From: Adineta vaga
Lineage: Eukaryota > Animalia > Rotifera
Assembly: GCA_021613535.1 (NCBI GenBank)
Contig: CP075494.1
Span: 14,694,001-14,758,000 of the forward strand
DNA: 64,000 bases
Direction of reading: 5' to 3'
The notes beneath the pieces were generated by a model that was not told where the DNA came from, did no database searches, and saw only the letters and a program-made list of their open reading frames with translations. Shown here piece by piece: positions 35,701 to 50,852 of this stretch. The translations under genes and the position numbers were made by a program. How positions within the stretch are numbered: position 1 is the first letter of the stretch; the number at the start of each line of letters is the position of its first letter.

Positions 35701-38048
35701 GAAGAACAAGAAGCTAGAAGTGATTTTCAACGACAAGTTACTAAACTTCAAGCTGAAGTTCATCAATGGAGATCACGTTATGAAACCGAAGGTAGACAAA
35801 TCAAAATTAAGAATATTCATTCAATTTTAATTGTATTATTTTCATAGGATTAGCTCGTAGTGAAGAATTGGAAGAAGCTAAACGTAAATTAGCTGCTAAA
35901 TTAACTGAAGCAGAAGAGCAAGTTGAAGCTGCATTGAATAAATGCAATGCTTTGGAAAAAGTCAAAGCTCGTTTACAAGGTGAAGTTGAAGATCTTATGG
36001 TTGATGTTGAACGTGCCAATGCTAGTAAGTCAAGAAAATGAAACTCTTGTCGAGATAGTATCATTGTTTTCGATTCCTATAGATGCTTCGGCAATGGATA
36101 AGAAACAGAAACAATTCGATAAATTAATTAATGAATGGAAACAAAAATGTGAAGATATTACAATTGAACTTGAAGCATCACAAAAAGAAGCACGTCATTA
36201 TTCCACAGAATTATTCAAATTAAAAACACAATATGAAGAATCACATGAACAAATTGAAGCACTTCGTAAAGAAAATAAGAATTTAGCTGATGAAATTAGA
36301 GTAACATGAAATAAACTGACTATACCGATTAATAAGTTTTTATTTTATTTTTAGGATCTGATGGATCAATTAGGTGAAGGTGGAAAGAATGTTCATGAAT
36401 TGGATAAAGCTCGTAAACGTGCCGAGCTAGAAAAAGAAGAATTACAAGCTGCTTTAGAGGAAGCTGAATCAACACTTGAACAAGAAGAAGCGAAAGTTCT
36501 TCGTGCACAAATGGAATTGAGTACTGTTCGTCAAGAAATTGATCGTCGTATTCATGAAAAAGAAGAAGAATTTGAAAATACACGTCGTAATCATGCTCGT
36601 GCACTTGAATCAATGCAAGCAAGTTTAGAAGCTGAAACACGTTCGAAAGGAGAAGCATTAAAACAAGTAAGACAAACATACATTAAAATTCGTTCATCAA
36701 ACAGAGTGATTACTTTTCTATATGTTATTAGAAAAAGAAACTTGAATCGGATATCAATGAATTAGAAATTGCTCTTGATCATTCGAATCGTAGTAATACG
36801 GATTTACAAAAAGCATTGAAACGACTTCAACTAATTGTCACCGAATTTACAGTACAAATTGAAGAAGAACAAAGACAACGAGATGAAGCACGAGAAGCTG
36901 CTATTGCAGCTGAACGTCGAGCTAATCTTATTGTTGGTGAAATTGAAGAATTACGTACTGCTTTAGAACAAGCTGAACGTGCTCGTAAAGCAGCTGAAAA
37001 TGAGTTGAATGAAGCAGCTGATCGTATCAGTGAATTAAGTACACAAAATGCTAATATATCTTCTCAACGACGACAACTTGAATCATCTGTTGCTGCTATG
37101 CAAGCTGATTTGGATGAGGCAGTTGCTGAACTTAAAAATAGTGAAGAACGTTCGAAAAAAGCTGGTATATTTCTCTACATTTTCTTCTTTCGTTCTTTTT
37201 TGACGAACTATTTCATTTAGCTGCTGATGCTGCTCGTTTGGCTGAAGAATTACGCATGGAACAAGAACATGCTATTCAAGTTGAACGACTTCGTAAAGGA
37301 TTTGAACAACAAATTAAAGATCTTCAAATACGTCTCGATGAAGCGGAAGGTACTTCACTCAAAGGTGGAAAACGTATTATTGCTAAACTTGAACAACGCG
37401 TAAGAAATCGACATTTTTTTCAAAAAAGAAAACAACGATCAAATCTTTCTGTATTCAGATTCATGAATTAGAAAGTGAAAATGAATTGGAACAACATCGT
37501 CATCAAGAAACATTGAAAGAATTACGTAAAAATGATCGACGTTTGAAAGAACTTGTATTTCAAACGGAAGAAGATCGTAAAAATCACTTACGATTACAAG
37601 ATTTATCCGAAAAATTACAAACAAAGATCAAAGTTTACAAACGACAAGTGGAAGAAGCTGGTTTGTTTGAAATATTTTTCATCGTATTCTTGAATTAAAA
37701 TAATGTTTGTTTTTAGAGGAAATTGCTTCAATCAATTTGGCTAAATATCGTAAAGTTCAAGGAGAACTCGGTATGGAATTCATTGATTAAAAACTTCATT
37801 CATTTTTTGCGAATCTCATTGTAGAAGAATCAGCTGAACGTGCTGATATCGCAGAAAATCAATTAGGCAAATTACGTACTAAGAACCGTTCAACTGTTAG
37901 TGCTAGTCGAACGCACCAGCTGTAAGTTGATATACATCAGAAAAATAAATATCGACCTGTTATTTATTTCATTTAGCGTGACAGCCGTGAATCAGCTTTC
38001 ATTCGAGCAACATCAATGATTCGTTCAAGTTCTGTTCGTCCTCGTTAA
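29792..38048 (+). CDS. Mhc: Muscle (striated-type) myosin II heavy chain, more than 25 exons
   Basis: SH3-like N-terminus, P-loop GESGAGKT, switch I NNNSSRF, DIAGFE, relay [33 protein letters not shown] region WPWWKLY, long heptad rod. The final exon frame is uncertain (see findings). Confidence 0.96.
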
Positions 38049-38246
38049 AATTTGCTTATTACTAAAGACATTCTCTGTATGTGTGTGTGTGTGCGTGTGT
38101 GCTTGAGCTTTGCTACTGTTCTATCATCTATTCTCTATTTTAAGTCATAATTTTTATGTAGATTGTCAAAATCTTGTTTTGTCTTTATAAAAAATAAAAG
38201 AAAATCTTCTATACAATAAAAATCAATCATGCAGTAAATATCATAG

Positions 38247-38834
38247 TTACATTTCAAGAGGAGTAAGATTTTGATCCTGTAATGAGCTCTTATTTTTCAC
38301 TAAGATATCATCCATTCGTTTGTCCATGATTAACTTTTGGGTATTTAATCGTGCGAGAATATTATCGAAATTAATATCAATTAAATTTTCAAACGATGTT
38401 TCTAAATTGGAGATTTTCGTTTTTAATTTTCTTATCTCTTGATCTTTTTCTCGTGCCATTTGATCATATTCAACTTTTTGTTTCGAAAGTTCTTGATCCG
38501 TATGTTCTACTCGGGCTTTCGCTGTTGCTAATTCTCTTTCAGTTTGATCGATTTTAAAACCTAATTCCATTTGCATAGTTTTATATTGTTGAGTTAAACC
38601 TGATGAAACAGCTTTCATATCGCTTTGTAATTCTTCGACATTAGCTTGAGCACTTTGCATTTGTTCTCGATAAGTATCAGCAATAGCCATGGATCGACGT
38701 GATAATTCACGTCGATAGGCCATTTGATCTTTTAATGCATCAACTTCATGTTGACTTTGTTTAAATTTCACTTCCATTTCACTATCATCATTTCCTTTCT
38801 TCTTTTTACCTTTACCTTTCTTTTTCGGAGGCAT
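38247..38834 (-). CDS. CCDC153: Coiled-coil domain protein 153 (DRC12)-like
   Basis: MPPKKKGKGKKKK start, LKDQMAYRRELSRR and LTQQYKTMQ, a ~195-aa coiled coil. Confidence 0.75.
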   Translation of the reverse strand: MPPKKKGKGKKKKGNDDSEMEVKFKQSQHEVDALKDQMAYRRELSRRSMAIADTYREQMQSAQANVEELQSDMKAVSSGLTQQYKTMQMELGFKIDQTERELATAKARVEHTDQELSKQKVEYDQMAREKDQEIRKLKTKISNLETSFENLIDINFDNILARLNTQKLIMDKRMDDILVKNKSSLQDQNLTPLEM

Positions 38835-38955
38835 TCTAAATAGTTTTTCTAAAACGAGAAGAAAATTTATTTTATTTCTGATCAAGATTGTTTTTTTTCT
38901 TTATATATTTGACAAAGCAGATTAAACAGAAAGAAATTTATTTGCTTTTATTTTC

Positions 38956-39810
38956 TTATGTAAAACGGTCATCCTGATCATGTCCACGTGATGTTTCTGC
39001 AATGACTTTCCGAAGAAAATCACCAAAGGTTTGTTTTATTGATTCTGTTTCATCTGGTGTACCATGAAATGTTAAACGAGGAATATCAGAAAATAGAGTT
39101 GCTAAAAGAGAAAGAAGAAGAAGAGTTGCTAAACTAAACATATGAATTGATTTCTTACAGAGTTTGATTTCTTGACCACGTCGACCACCGCCTCCTTCTT
39201 CATCCTTATTTTGCTTCGAGGCAACAAGTAAACAACATTTTTCTGATAAATTTGGTCTTTCAGCAAAATTGCTATACCTAAGCGAAGTACAAAACAATTG
39301 ATATTTATTGATAGTTGTATTAGTTGAATTTACCAAAGATTAAGTTCTTCAACATGTTTCTTTTCTTCAGGATTGTAGACAAAAACGGTTCCATTTAATT
39401 TATAACTCATTGCCGGCCATGTATGTTCAAATCTATATGTACACAATCATAATTATCATTTAGTTCTATGTAAGAACTTATTTTTACTTAGAATCACCAC
39501 TACAGTCGAATATTTGCACATTATGCGTATGCGATTTGCTTCGAGTTGTTGAAGAAACTTCATATTCGATAATGCTTAAACAAGGCAAACCTAGAGTTAA
39601 AGAAAAAGAACAGTTGTTGTACTTACCGAACAGGTACTGTTGGTATATAGTTGTCAGTTAGTGTTTCACGTGTTTCCGTAGCTAAATTGATAAATGAACT
39701 TTTACCACACTGTAGAAATAAAATGAATTCTGATTCAATTTTTGTTAAGAAACTTAGATATTTACTGCAAGTGGACCAACGACAGCGATTTTAATTGCAG
39801 GAGCAGGCAT
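38956..39810 (-). CDS. IFT22: Intraflagellar transport protein 22 (RABL5), multi-exon
   Basis: KIAVVGPLACGKSSFIN, YIPTVPVR, IIEYE, IFDCSGDSKFEHTWPAM, VFVYNP and EELNLW. Confidence 0.85.
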
Positions 39811-39878
39811 CTTTGAAATAATTTGATATGTGATGGACTAAAATGAATATAGACATAGTTCATATACTTGTTAACTTG

Positions 39879-39892
39879 GTTACCATGGAAAA
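39879..39892. promoter_or_regulatory. X-box (RFX binding site) upstream of IFT22
   Basis: GTTACCATGGAAAA, one mismatch from GTTNCCATGGNAAC, about 70 bp upstream of a ciliary gene ATG. Confidence 0.65.
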
Positions 39893-40454
39893 TTTTTAAC
39901 AGGATAGAATTGCTTGAAAATGATTAATACAACTATATTTGAAAAGATATTTGAACATCAATCTATTCTAATTATAAACAAAGATTCACAATATTCCAAT
40001 ACAATAGATGGCGTTGCTTTTCATTACGTCGGTTTATGTAAAGTTAGAGTTATTTTTAACAAAATTTATATGGCAAACATCGAGTCGATTGATAATTCGA
40101 ACTTATACTATAAGAAATCAAGATTGCGTGTATATTATACATATCAATTTGAATTTAACTGAAGCATACAAATGTGACGCTCTCTAATCAGTTTAGACTT
40201 CTGTTTATAATTTGTATAAACTACTAAACATTCATATGTCAAGTGCGCTATTAAATGTCTCGATTATTTACAATTCTTTCCTCGTATCGCTCTTACATTA
40301 TCTTGTATTTATTCAAAAAGACGATTTTGTTTAACTATCAAGATTATATTTTATATCAAACGTCCAATGATCGAAAGAAAAATAATGACGTACAATAACA
40401 AATGATATAAACTCATTCCTATTTTGATTTTTTTATTTACAAAAAAAACAAGAG

Positions 40455-41158
40455 TTACATTTCACCACATTGAGATATGATAACTGGAATTTTTGGTTTA
40501 TTGTTCAATGCTACTGGTACATTTTCGATCTTTCGAACAACAAGCATACCTTCAATAACTCGACCTAAATACATAAAATTCAATAACTAAATATATATTA
40601 CAAAAAAATCAATCACTTACCGAAAACAACATGTTTTCCATCAAGAAATTCACAATTCGTACAAGTAATAAAAAATTGACAACCATTTGTATCTCGTCCA
40701 CTATTTGCCTAGAAAAATAAACATTATTTTTTTCATTTCTAATTCACACTTCTTCGTAAATATCTTACCATACTAAGAAGGCCAGCTTGATTATGTTTAA
40801 TACTAAAATTTTCATCAGCAAATTTTCCTCCATAGATACTCATTAAACCAGTTCCATCTCCCTACATAAAAATCGTTTTTCTTCTTTTTCAAGATTAAAA
40901 ATCACTTACATTAACAATATCACCACCTTGTATCATAAAATCTTTAATAACACGATGAAATGGTGCATTCTTATATCCACATGGTACTCCATCTTTTTTA
41001 TATTCACCAGTACAAAATTGTCGAAAATTTTCGGCAGTTTTCGGCGCAACATGTGCATAAAGTTCAATTAAAATTCTTCCTATTTCAGTATTTCCAACTG
41101 TGATATCGAAAAATACCACGGGATTATCTGCATGTAATAATCGTTCAGTCCAAGACAT
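40455..41158 (-). CDS. PPIH: Cyclophilin H (U4/U6 snRNP PPIase), 4 exons
   Basis: NPVVFFDI...[25 protein letters not shown]...[14 protein letters not shown], ending ISQCGEM. Confidence 0.92.
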
Positions 41159-41862
41159 GATTTATTCTTTTATTTTTATCTAGAAATAAAACAACAGAAT
41201 ACATATGTTCTATGCATACCTGGCTCTTGTTTTTCATATGTTTATTATGATCCACAACAATTGACGTACTGTCAGAGAGGTAAAAAGTCGTTTCTTTCGT
41301 GCAATCTGATCTGATGGTGAAATTTATTTCAGCCATTAGAACGATCATGTATAGACTTTTCAATTTCGATAAATTAAGTCTTTTGTTAGATGAGTCACTT
41401 GTCACAAAATACCTCCATGATTTTATTTCTTAATCGTCCAAAGAGATTAAAATAAGATTTCATGTGAAAAATGAGCGTTTTTCTATTTTAGATGTTTGAA
41501 TCAAAATATCCAAAAATTCATGAAAGAAAGCGACATCTATCGAAGAAAACTATATTTTGCTAGATTGATTTATCCGAAAAGTGCATTTTCAAGTACCGGA
41601 ACAAATTGTTTTTCTAACCTTAAATTCTAAAGAAATATTTTTTCAAAAAAAGAAAACCTTTTATCTTTTTTATATTCATATTATCCTATACAGAAAAAAA
41701 AGAAAGGAAAAAACATTGACTAAAGAGTAGAACACATCTTTTTTTTAAACTAAAATCACGGGAATAGAATAATTCATTGAGGAGATGATAATAATCGACA
41801 CTAGAATAATCAATAACGATTTTGAAAAATGAACAATCAATAATGACTTACTAGTTTATGCA

Positions 41863-42888
41863 TCACATCATCACTATCATTGACAGGTTTCTGACAAAGT
41901 AAACATATCTAAAAATAATGATCTGATAGACATCTATTATCATCTTAATGAATGTTGATACTTTTGATGTAATGATCGTTATCGGTGTTGAAGAAATCAA
42001 TCGATCTATTCCTTCTTCAATACTATTGATCATTAATGATGATGATGGATTTGACCCATCTTGACTTGAAAATTTATTCAATGTTAAAATCAAATAATAA
42101 AGTTCATCAAACAAATGATTTGTATATTTCAATTGATAACGCATATCATTTTCATTTGTTATCATCAATAAATATTGAAAATTGTCATGTAACATATTCA
42201 TTAATCTCATCTAAAAAACATCTGGTTTATTAAAAACAAATTTCCCCAATTTTATTTTCAGGGTACATACAATATGTGATGTATATTCTTGAAGTAATTT
42301 ATGTGGATCATTATCATCAGATGTTTGAGTAGAACGATTGATTTGATCGATTGATTGATTACATTGTGTTGAAACATGCTGAACAGACACGGTTCTAAAA
42401 GAAGACAATAGATGAGAAGGAATTCTTAATGAAGGAGGACGTCTATACTTCGATGCTTTTTTAATTGCATCAATTGATTGAAGACTTTGTTGAATTAGAT
42501 CATCAAAAATTAATTTGTAGGAAGAATTTGTTCGTTTTGGTATTGCAATGATTTGATTATTTAGAGAAAATTCATTAGCAAAAGGATTTAATTCAGAAAT
42601 TGGTCTCGTTTTTTGTTCAATAAAAGTCATAAAATCATTTTTTTCTTTGGGAAATTGTACACATGCATCTTTTGATACAAGAGATCGTCGACATTCTCGA
42701 AGATTTAAATTCGGATTTTGTTCAATCGAAGGTGGCAATAATGTTCGTGGTGGTGGTGTTGGTAATAAACCATTTGAATTCGGACAAATTGATGGATAAT
42801 AAGGATGATAATTGTATGGAAAATTTGGATGTGGCATCGTTGTTCTGTATGTTTGCTGAGTTCCGTAAGGAAATGGTATAGGCATCAT
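41863..42888 (-). CDS. Uncharacterised protein with PAM2-like motif (exons 42888-42271, 42210-41863)
   Basis: Two ORFs joined by a 60-nt phase-0 GT-AG intron. Pro/Tyr-rich N-terminus and SELNPFANEF. Confidence 0.6.
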
Positions 42889-43067
42889 CTTTGATAACGA
42901 TAGAATGAAATTAAGAATGAATATCCTGTTCCTGTCTGTTGTTGCTGAATTCAAAATTTTTATTGAACAGACAAATGAGATTATCTTGTATCTCGAGTAG
43001 GTGTCGTACTAATCTGATTGATTTACTGAACGAAAAGAAAATTAATGGCGCAAGTAAATATTTATAT

Positions 43068-43400
43068 ATGCGACAAATGTTCTTTGTTGTTTTGAATTTT
43101 ATTTTATTATTTCAAAAAACCAATCATTTCCTTCTTTCGATTCATAATAAACATATTTTTATCGAATGTGGTCGTTCTATAATTATTAAAAATCACTATT
43201 GGTTTTTATCGGAATTTTTACAATTATTAAAAACATGTGATAGAAAGCATTTTCAACAAATTCCTTATGATCATCTCTATGTCATATTCAAGCAAATATT
43301 AATTCATTGTCAACCTGCATATCAGTCCTATCAAGCAAAGAAGAAAATTTCAGATCTCGACCAAATCTATCAATGGTTTAAAACACAAATCAATCAGTGA
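43068..43400 (+). CDS. Hypothetical small, possibly secreted protein (110 aa)
   Basis: Open frame with a hydrophobic N-terminus (MRQMFFVVLNFILLF). No recognisable domain. Confidence 0.35.
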   Translation: MRQMFFVVLNFILLFQKTNHFLLSIHNKHIFIECGRSIIIKNHYWFLSEFLQLLKTCDRKHFQQIPYDHLYVIFKQILIHCQPAYQSYQAKKKISDLDQIYQWFKTQINQ

Positions 43401-43479
43401 CTTTTGTATAGACTGTTGAGTGTGTATTTTAAATAAGTAAGTATATAATAAGAGAAAAAAAGAAGAAAGAGCGAACCAA

Positions 43480-44190
43480 AAAAAACATCAAATACATTGT
43501 TGGTCTTCATTCTGCGAAACACACACACACGCACACACACACACAAACAGATCAAGCAGCAAGAAGAAGAAGAAGAAAAGAAACTTAGCAGCAGAGCATA
43601 GAGCAGTGAGACGAGAATAAGAAAAAAACATAATAATACACGCGCTGATTAAAACGACTAGAACAACTGCGTTCGCTCTGAGAAGATACACACAACAGCA
43701 GAGAAAGAAGTAGGACGAGGAGACTGGTGTGAGAACTATGTTCACACGATTCCGGTCCGTAACGATACGATAATTAGAAAGAAATACACACACACACATG
43801 CACACATATGCAACCGTTCATAATGATAATAATAATGATGATGATGATGATGTTGTTGGCAAAAGAAGATCATAAGAGGTGACAAGCAAAAAAAGCAGCT
43901 TACAAAAAGAAAGAGAGAGAGAGAACGAGATGAAGACTGCAGGTATGAATAAATCCGTATCAAACTTATGTATGTATGTGTGTGTGCATGTGTGACAGAC
44001 GTTGTTTCATCACTGTAAAGAAAAGAACAACAACAACAGGAGTACAACAAAGACAAGAACAAGAAAGAAAAAGAAAAAAAAAGGACAACAAGCAAAATTG
44101 GCAATACCAAACGTACAAAAAAATATGTCCACCAGCCTAGAGATTTAGAGAAAGAGAGAAAGAAAGAGAAAAAGAAAGAAAAAAAAGAAT
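43480..44190. repeat. Simple-sequence-rich tract ((CA)n, (GAA)n, (GAT)n), probable G-beta 3' UTR
   Basis: Visible microsatellites downstream of the G-beta stop codon. Overlapping ORFs are low-complexity. Confidence 0.6.
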
Positions 44191-44300
44191 TATTGTTTTG
44201 CTTGAGGGAGCAAAGGTAAGAAGGCTGGCACTTTTTTTATTGTTGTCGTCGATGTGGCAAAGCAGATCTTTTATATTCGAAAGTCTATAGAATTTGACGA

Positions 44301-45702
<1,402 letters not shown>

Positions 45703-46739
45703 TATGATTTATTATTGATTAAAAAAAGATAAGGAATCAACTTGTAGGAAAATGAAGACTAACAAAAATTGAATTAATTGCGAATTATGATTGTTGAATA
45801 AACCTTCCAATAAAAAAAGCAAAATATTGATATTTAGATTATTGAATTTTGATAATCCTTCATTTCAAATCAAATATTACTTACTCGTTTGATATGCATG
45901 AGAATCTAAATACTCGAGCTTTTTTCTTTCTCTTTTTGTTCCATCAAATAAACAAGATTCTTGCTATTATCTAACTATCTATGGTAATAGTGCGTGCGTC
46001 ACGATAGTCCTTGTTCGTTCTCTCCTAGTGTTCCGTCTTACGGGACGAGAATGATGCTAAAAACTGTGTGACAGTCAATGTATATACATACTATCTTCTA
46101 TTGCTTTCTGGTGTCATTGCTACCGCTACTAGCAACACCAACACCATCATCATCTTCATTGATGGCAGTAGTAGTGCAATAGTGTACGTGCGTGTTCTTC
46201 GCTGTTCGACTCGGGTGACGCACTCGCGCGATTTCTTTTCTTTCTCAACATGTTATTCTTACACGGCAATAACGGCACGCACACAATAAAGAAGACTTGC
46301 CAATCTCTGCTGCACAGACCATAACATCAGACAGATACAAAAATAAGAGTGAACAAAAAAAAAGAACAAATTCTAAGTACATTTTTTCTCCATTTTTTTT
46401 CTTCCATTGAGTTTTTTTTTCTTACTTGATCTGTTTTGTTGTATGATAGAAAATACAAAAATATTAAATAATCATCCAATAGATAATAATAATTGTAATA
46501 ATCAACACCAAATGTGATGATCATCGACTAGAGTTCAAATAAGAAGGATAATATTGATGATCACTATTTTGTTTCTGATAGATCAATTTTCGTTTCATAC
46601 GTGAATACATATTGTTTAAAAAAAGGAAGTTTCTGTTTTGTCTAAAATTTTATCATTTATACATACATTTCTAAGATGTAAGAAAATAGTAAATACACAC
46701 ATGCACACGATTACTGGTTTATTTCAGGTTTTCAAGTCA

Positions 46740-48160
46740 AAAAAAAACCTGAGAAGCAAGAAGAAGAAGAAGAAGAAGAAGAAGAAAAACGACGATATGT
46801 CGACGATGCTATTGCTTTTGCTCTTGCTATTTGGGCGAACGAGCGAGCGGACGGGGCGGATGAAACAACGAAGAGAAAGCTTGCCCGACTAGAAGTAACA
46901 GCAACCGAGAAGAAAATTCTGTATGTATGAAGCTGTAATAGGGTAGTGAAGAAGAAGAAGAAGAAGAAGGAAAAAATTGAAGAGGGAAAAGAACGATAGT
47001 AATATGGAAAGGGAAAAGATCTCCATTCCCGAACGAGAAATACAGAAAAGGAAGAAGAGAAAAGAAAATAGGAAAGAAGACGAACACACATTGGGCTTTG
47101 GGTTCGGGCGAAGCAGTCAGCGATGATGATGCGATGCTGATGAACAACTCTATTGTTGATGATAATTTTTTTGCGTTTCTTTCTTTTCATTACATACTAT
47201 TGACGATGGCTGGTTTCGTCTCCGTTCCTATCGCGCTTGCCTTTCTATAATCATAATTCTAGTAATGCGAACTAGAGTCGTTTTTTTTTGAAAAAAAAGG
47301 AAGGAAGGAAGAAAGAACAAGAGAAATGATGGCTGTGGTTCTCTACTATTGGGCGCCAACCGATAGCTCAACCCGACGATGAGAGAAGAAGAAGAGAACG
47401 GGAAGTAATGATTACTTGGTACGTCAACAACGAACGCTAAATAGAAAGATAGAGAAAAAAAGAGCAAGAAACGCGCTTCGGCGCATTAAAAAACACATAT
47501 ATACAGACATACATCAGAATGGCATTGTCCTTATCTATTTCTCCTTCTTTTGCAGTTGTATCTGTTCTCTGCCAGTAGTGGTAATAGAAGAGAGAGAGAC
47601 AGAGACAGAGACAGAGAGGAAAAAAAAGAAAAGCAATCAAATAGAGAAGAAGACGCAGAAAAGACGAATCCACTTGATAACAGGCACTACTAACAAATGA
47701 TGAATAAGAGAACAGGCCAACGTCCGTTGTTATTGCTTTAATAATATATAGCAAACTTTATTGTCTAATAAAGAAAAGAATGATGTTCATGATGCAAGAC
47801 AGATCATATTTGGCATTATTATCCCAAAGGACAAAAGAACATCAAAGACAAATACCGCAAAACTAATTCTTTTTCATTTCGATTGAAAACAAAAAATAGA
47901 AGAAGAAAAGAAAGATAATTCGAGAAAGAAAAATCTTTTCAATAGAAACGAAGGTGATAAAAGTAATCTTCTTGCATTTGTATCTTTTTTTTCATCCAAC
48001 ACTATTTGCTTTCAGTCATCTTTTGTCTTGTTACTTAGGCGTTTTCTTCTTCTGTTCCTTCTTTTTCTTACTAAAGAGCGATCTATACTTGACAAAGATG
48101 ATGCTGTTGCTGCGAGTGATGCGTTTGTCACAGTCTTCTTCTTCTTCTTCTTCTCATTTC
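46740..48160. repeat. (GAA)n/(GA)n-rich non-coding region upstream of G-beta
   Basis: Runs of gaa, gagaca and tct, plus a GC-box-like GGGGCGG near 46853. Confidence 0.5.
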
Positions 48161-49374
48161 TAAGATGAATTAACGAGTGAACAAGAAAGAACGAAGAAAG
48201 TTGAGAATCAATGTCGCTTAGTGATAAGAAACAAGCAGAGATTTGTGTGGGATAATGACAGATGTGATGTCGTTCAAAGATCATTTTTTTACGAATTATT
48301 CTCCTATTCATAAAAAGAGATAGATATCAATGGAAAATTTATGCAATTCTAATCAAACTATTAGATCAACGGAGATCAAGAATATTAATATCAAATTAAA
48401 AGAATAGCAAAAATATTTTCTTGAAATACAATCGATTTGAACTTTTCATATTATTATTTCTTTGAGATTAAGTCAAGAATGATTTTAAGATGTTTTAATC
48501 AATTATTTGGATAAGAATTTTCCGAAGAAAATCAAGATTTTCAATACAAAGCATTGATTCAACAATGATTTCTAATGAAGTTTCTCATGCATAATCAAAT
48601 AGTAAATACGAATAATTAGATTTGAATTTAATATTTAAACAACAATTTTGATGGAATCTCTTCGAATAAAATATGTCAAAGAAGAAGAAACGTTAACTTA
48701 CCTAAACTAAATACAATTGAGCTTCGTTAACCACTGAAGCTCGTTTCCGAATTGAAATCTAATATTGAATCGTTAATTGACAGTTAAAATATTGGAAACT
48801 TCTTTTGAGATTCGTTTTTATTGAGAATAATATTCAGATAAATAAAATCGAATAATCAAAAGAGTACTTATGTGTCTGAAAGAAACATCAATAACACAAT
48901 AAATCCTACCATTATCAATGTTGAAAAGAATATAGTTAGACTCTAAAATGAAGTATTAATCACATGTAAATAAACTAAAACTGTTCGTGAAAATATCATT
49001 CCAAGCAAAATCTTCAATTCATATACGAATATCTGAAGAAAATTTTCTTTTTCGAACATTTTTTATCATTAATTTCTTGAATTGAAATGCATAAGTGATC
49101 TTGAAGAGGTCACTAGTACACATAAATTTCAAATGATATTATATTTCATTTTACAAATCTTTCTCTCGAATAAAACGATGATTTCAATTACTTTCGAAAT
49201 ATTCTAAAAAAAAAGAAGTTTCTCGAATATCAGAACAAAATGATGTCATGATTGGTACTTCGAATTCATCGATCTCCAATGGGTAGATGTCATCTTGTAA
49301 TCAAAAAGATGAAGAAGAGTTTCATTTATAATTATGCAATTCATTTCTTACACTTTTCATTTTCATTTCTAGAA

Positions 49375-50852
49375 ATGTCCTCAACAGCTCCGTCTCCGTA
49401 TACATGTATTACATGTCATGTTGCTTTTAATAATGGTGAATTGCAACGTGCACATTATAAAACAGATTGGCATCGTTATAATTTAAAACGAAAAGTTGCA
49501 GATCTAGGTCCTATCTCTGCTATTGAATTTGCCGAAAAAGTAGAAGCTATTCAGCAAACTTCAGCGAAAAATATCGAGACAAATAGTCGAACATCATTAA
49601 CATGTAAAGATTGTGGAAAAGCATTTACATCTGAAAATGGTATGTTAAATCATACAAAATCGAAGAAACATATTGAGACAGTTGCGAAAAATGCAAATCT
49701 TCCAGTAAGTGATAATGAAAGTCTTCGATATTATTATATTTCATTCATTGCAGAAAACAGATGCAAATCAATATCCAAAATCTCCAGAACAGACGCCACA
49801 AGAATCGATTCAAGTTGAAGATATGGATGAAGATGAAGTCGAAGATGACGAAGATTGGAATGATATGGATGATGGAGCTACCGTTACTCGTAAGTACATA
49901 CTTTTGATCGGATTAAATTCACCTTCATTCTCTCTACTGAACAGATATCTAAAGTAATGTTTATTTAATTATAATTTAGATGCATCAGTGTTAGAGGGTG
50001 AAGCTCAAGTTCTTGGCACTCCATTACGTTTAGACGAATGTTTATTTTGTCCATTGAAATCATCCAATCTTGAAGAGAATCTTACTCATATGGCACATTC
50101 ACATAGTTTCTTTTTACCAGATTTTGAATATATTAAAGATTTATCAGGTTTAATTGAATATCTCGGTATGTATTTGGTGAAATAATTTATATCGATCTCT
50201 TATTGTTTTATATGTCTAGATGAAAAAGTCGGAATATTTCATGTATGTCTTTGGTGTAATAAAAAATCGTTTCATGATGTTCTTTCTGTTCAACGACATA
50301 TGAATGCGAAAGGTCATTGTAAAATACTTTTCGATGAAAATCCAAATGCTGCTTGGGAATATGTGGATTTTTATGATTATTCGTAAGTTATATTAATTGA
50401 AAATTGAAGTAAATGAATTAAATATGTTCTAGAGCTACTCATCCAGATGCAAACGATAAAAATCTCGATGAAGAAATCGATGGACAGCTTCTTGATACAG
50501 CCGGTTATGAATTAGTATTACCATCTGGAAAAACAGTTGGACATCGGACACTTGTTCGATACTATCGTCAAAGTTTATCAAATCGAAATAATGAACGATC
50601 AGTAGAACTTGTCAATAAAATAAAAGATAAATATCGAGCACTTGGTTGGTCTGGACCAGGAACAACAGGTTTGTTTCTTTTTACATAAACAAATATTTAG
50701 AGATTATATTTGAATTTGTTTTAGGAGAAGTATTTCAACGAAAAGTTCGTGATCTGAAATATATGCAACAATGGAAATCGAAACAATATATGAGACTTGG
50801 TGTAAGAAATAATATGCATCAACATCATTTCCGAGAACAAGTTAATTTTTAA
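49375..50852 (+). CDS. ZNF622: Zinc finger protein 622 / REI1 (cytoplasmic 60S biogenesis factor)
   Basis: YTCITCHVAF...QRAHYKTDWHRYNLKRKVA, CLFCP...HMAHSHSFFLPD, LVLPSGKTVGHR and HFREQV. Confidence 0.93.
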
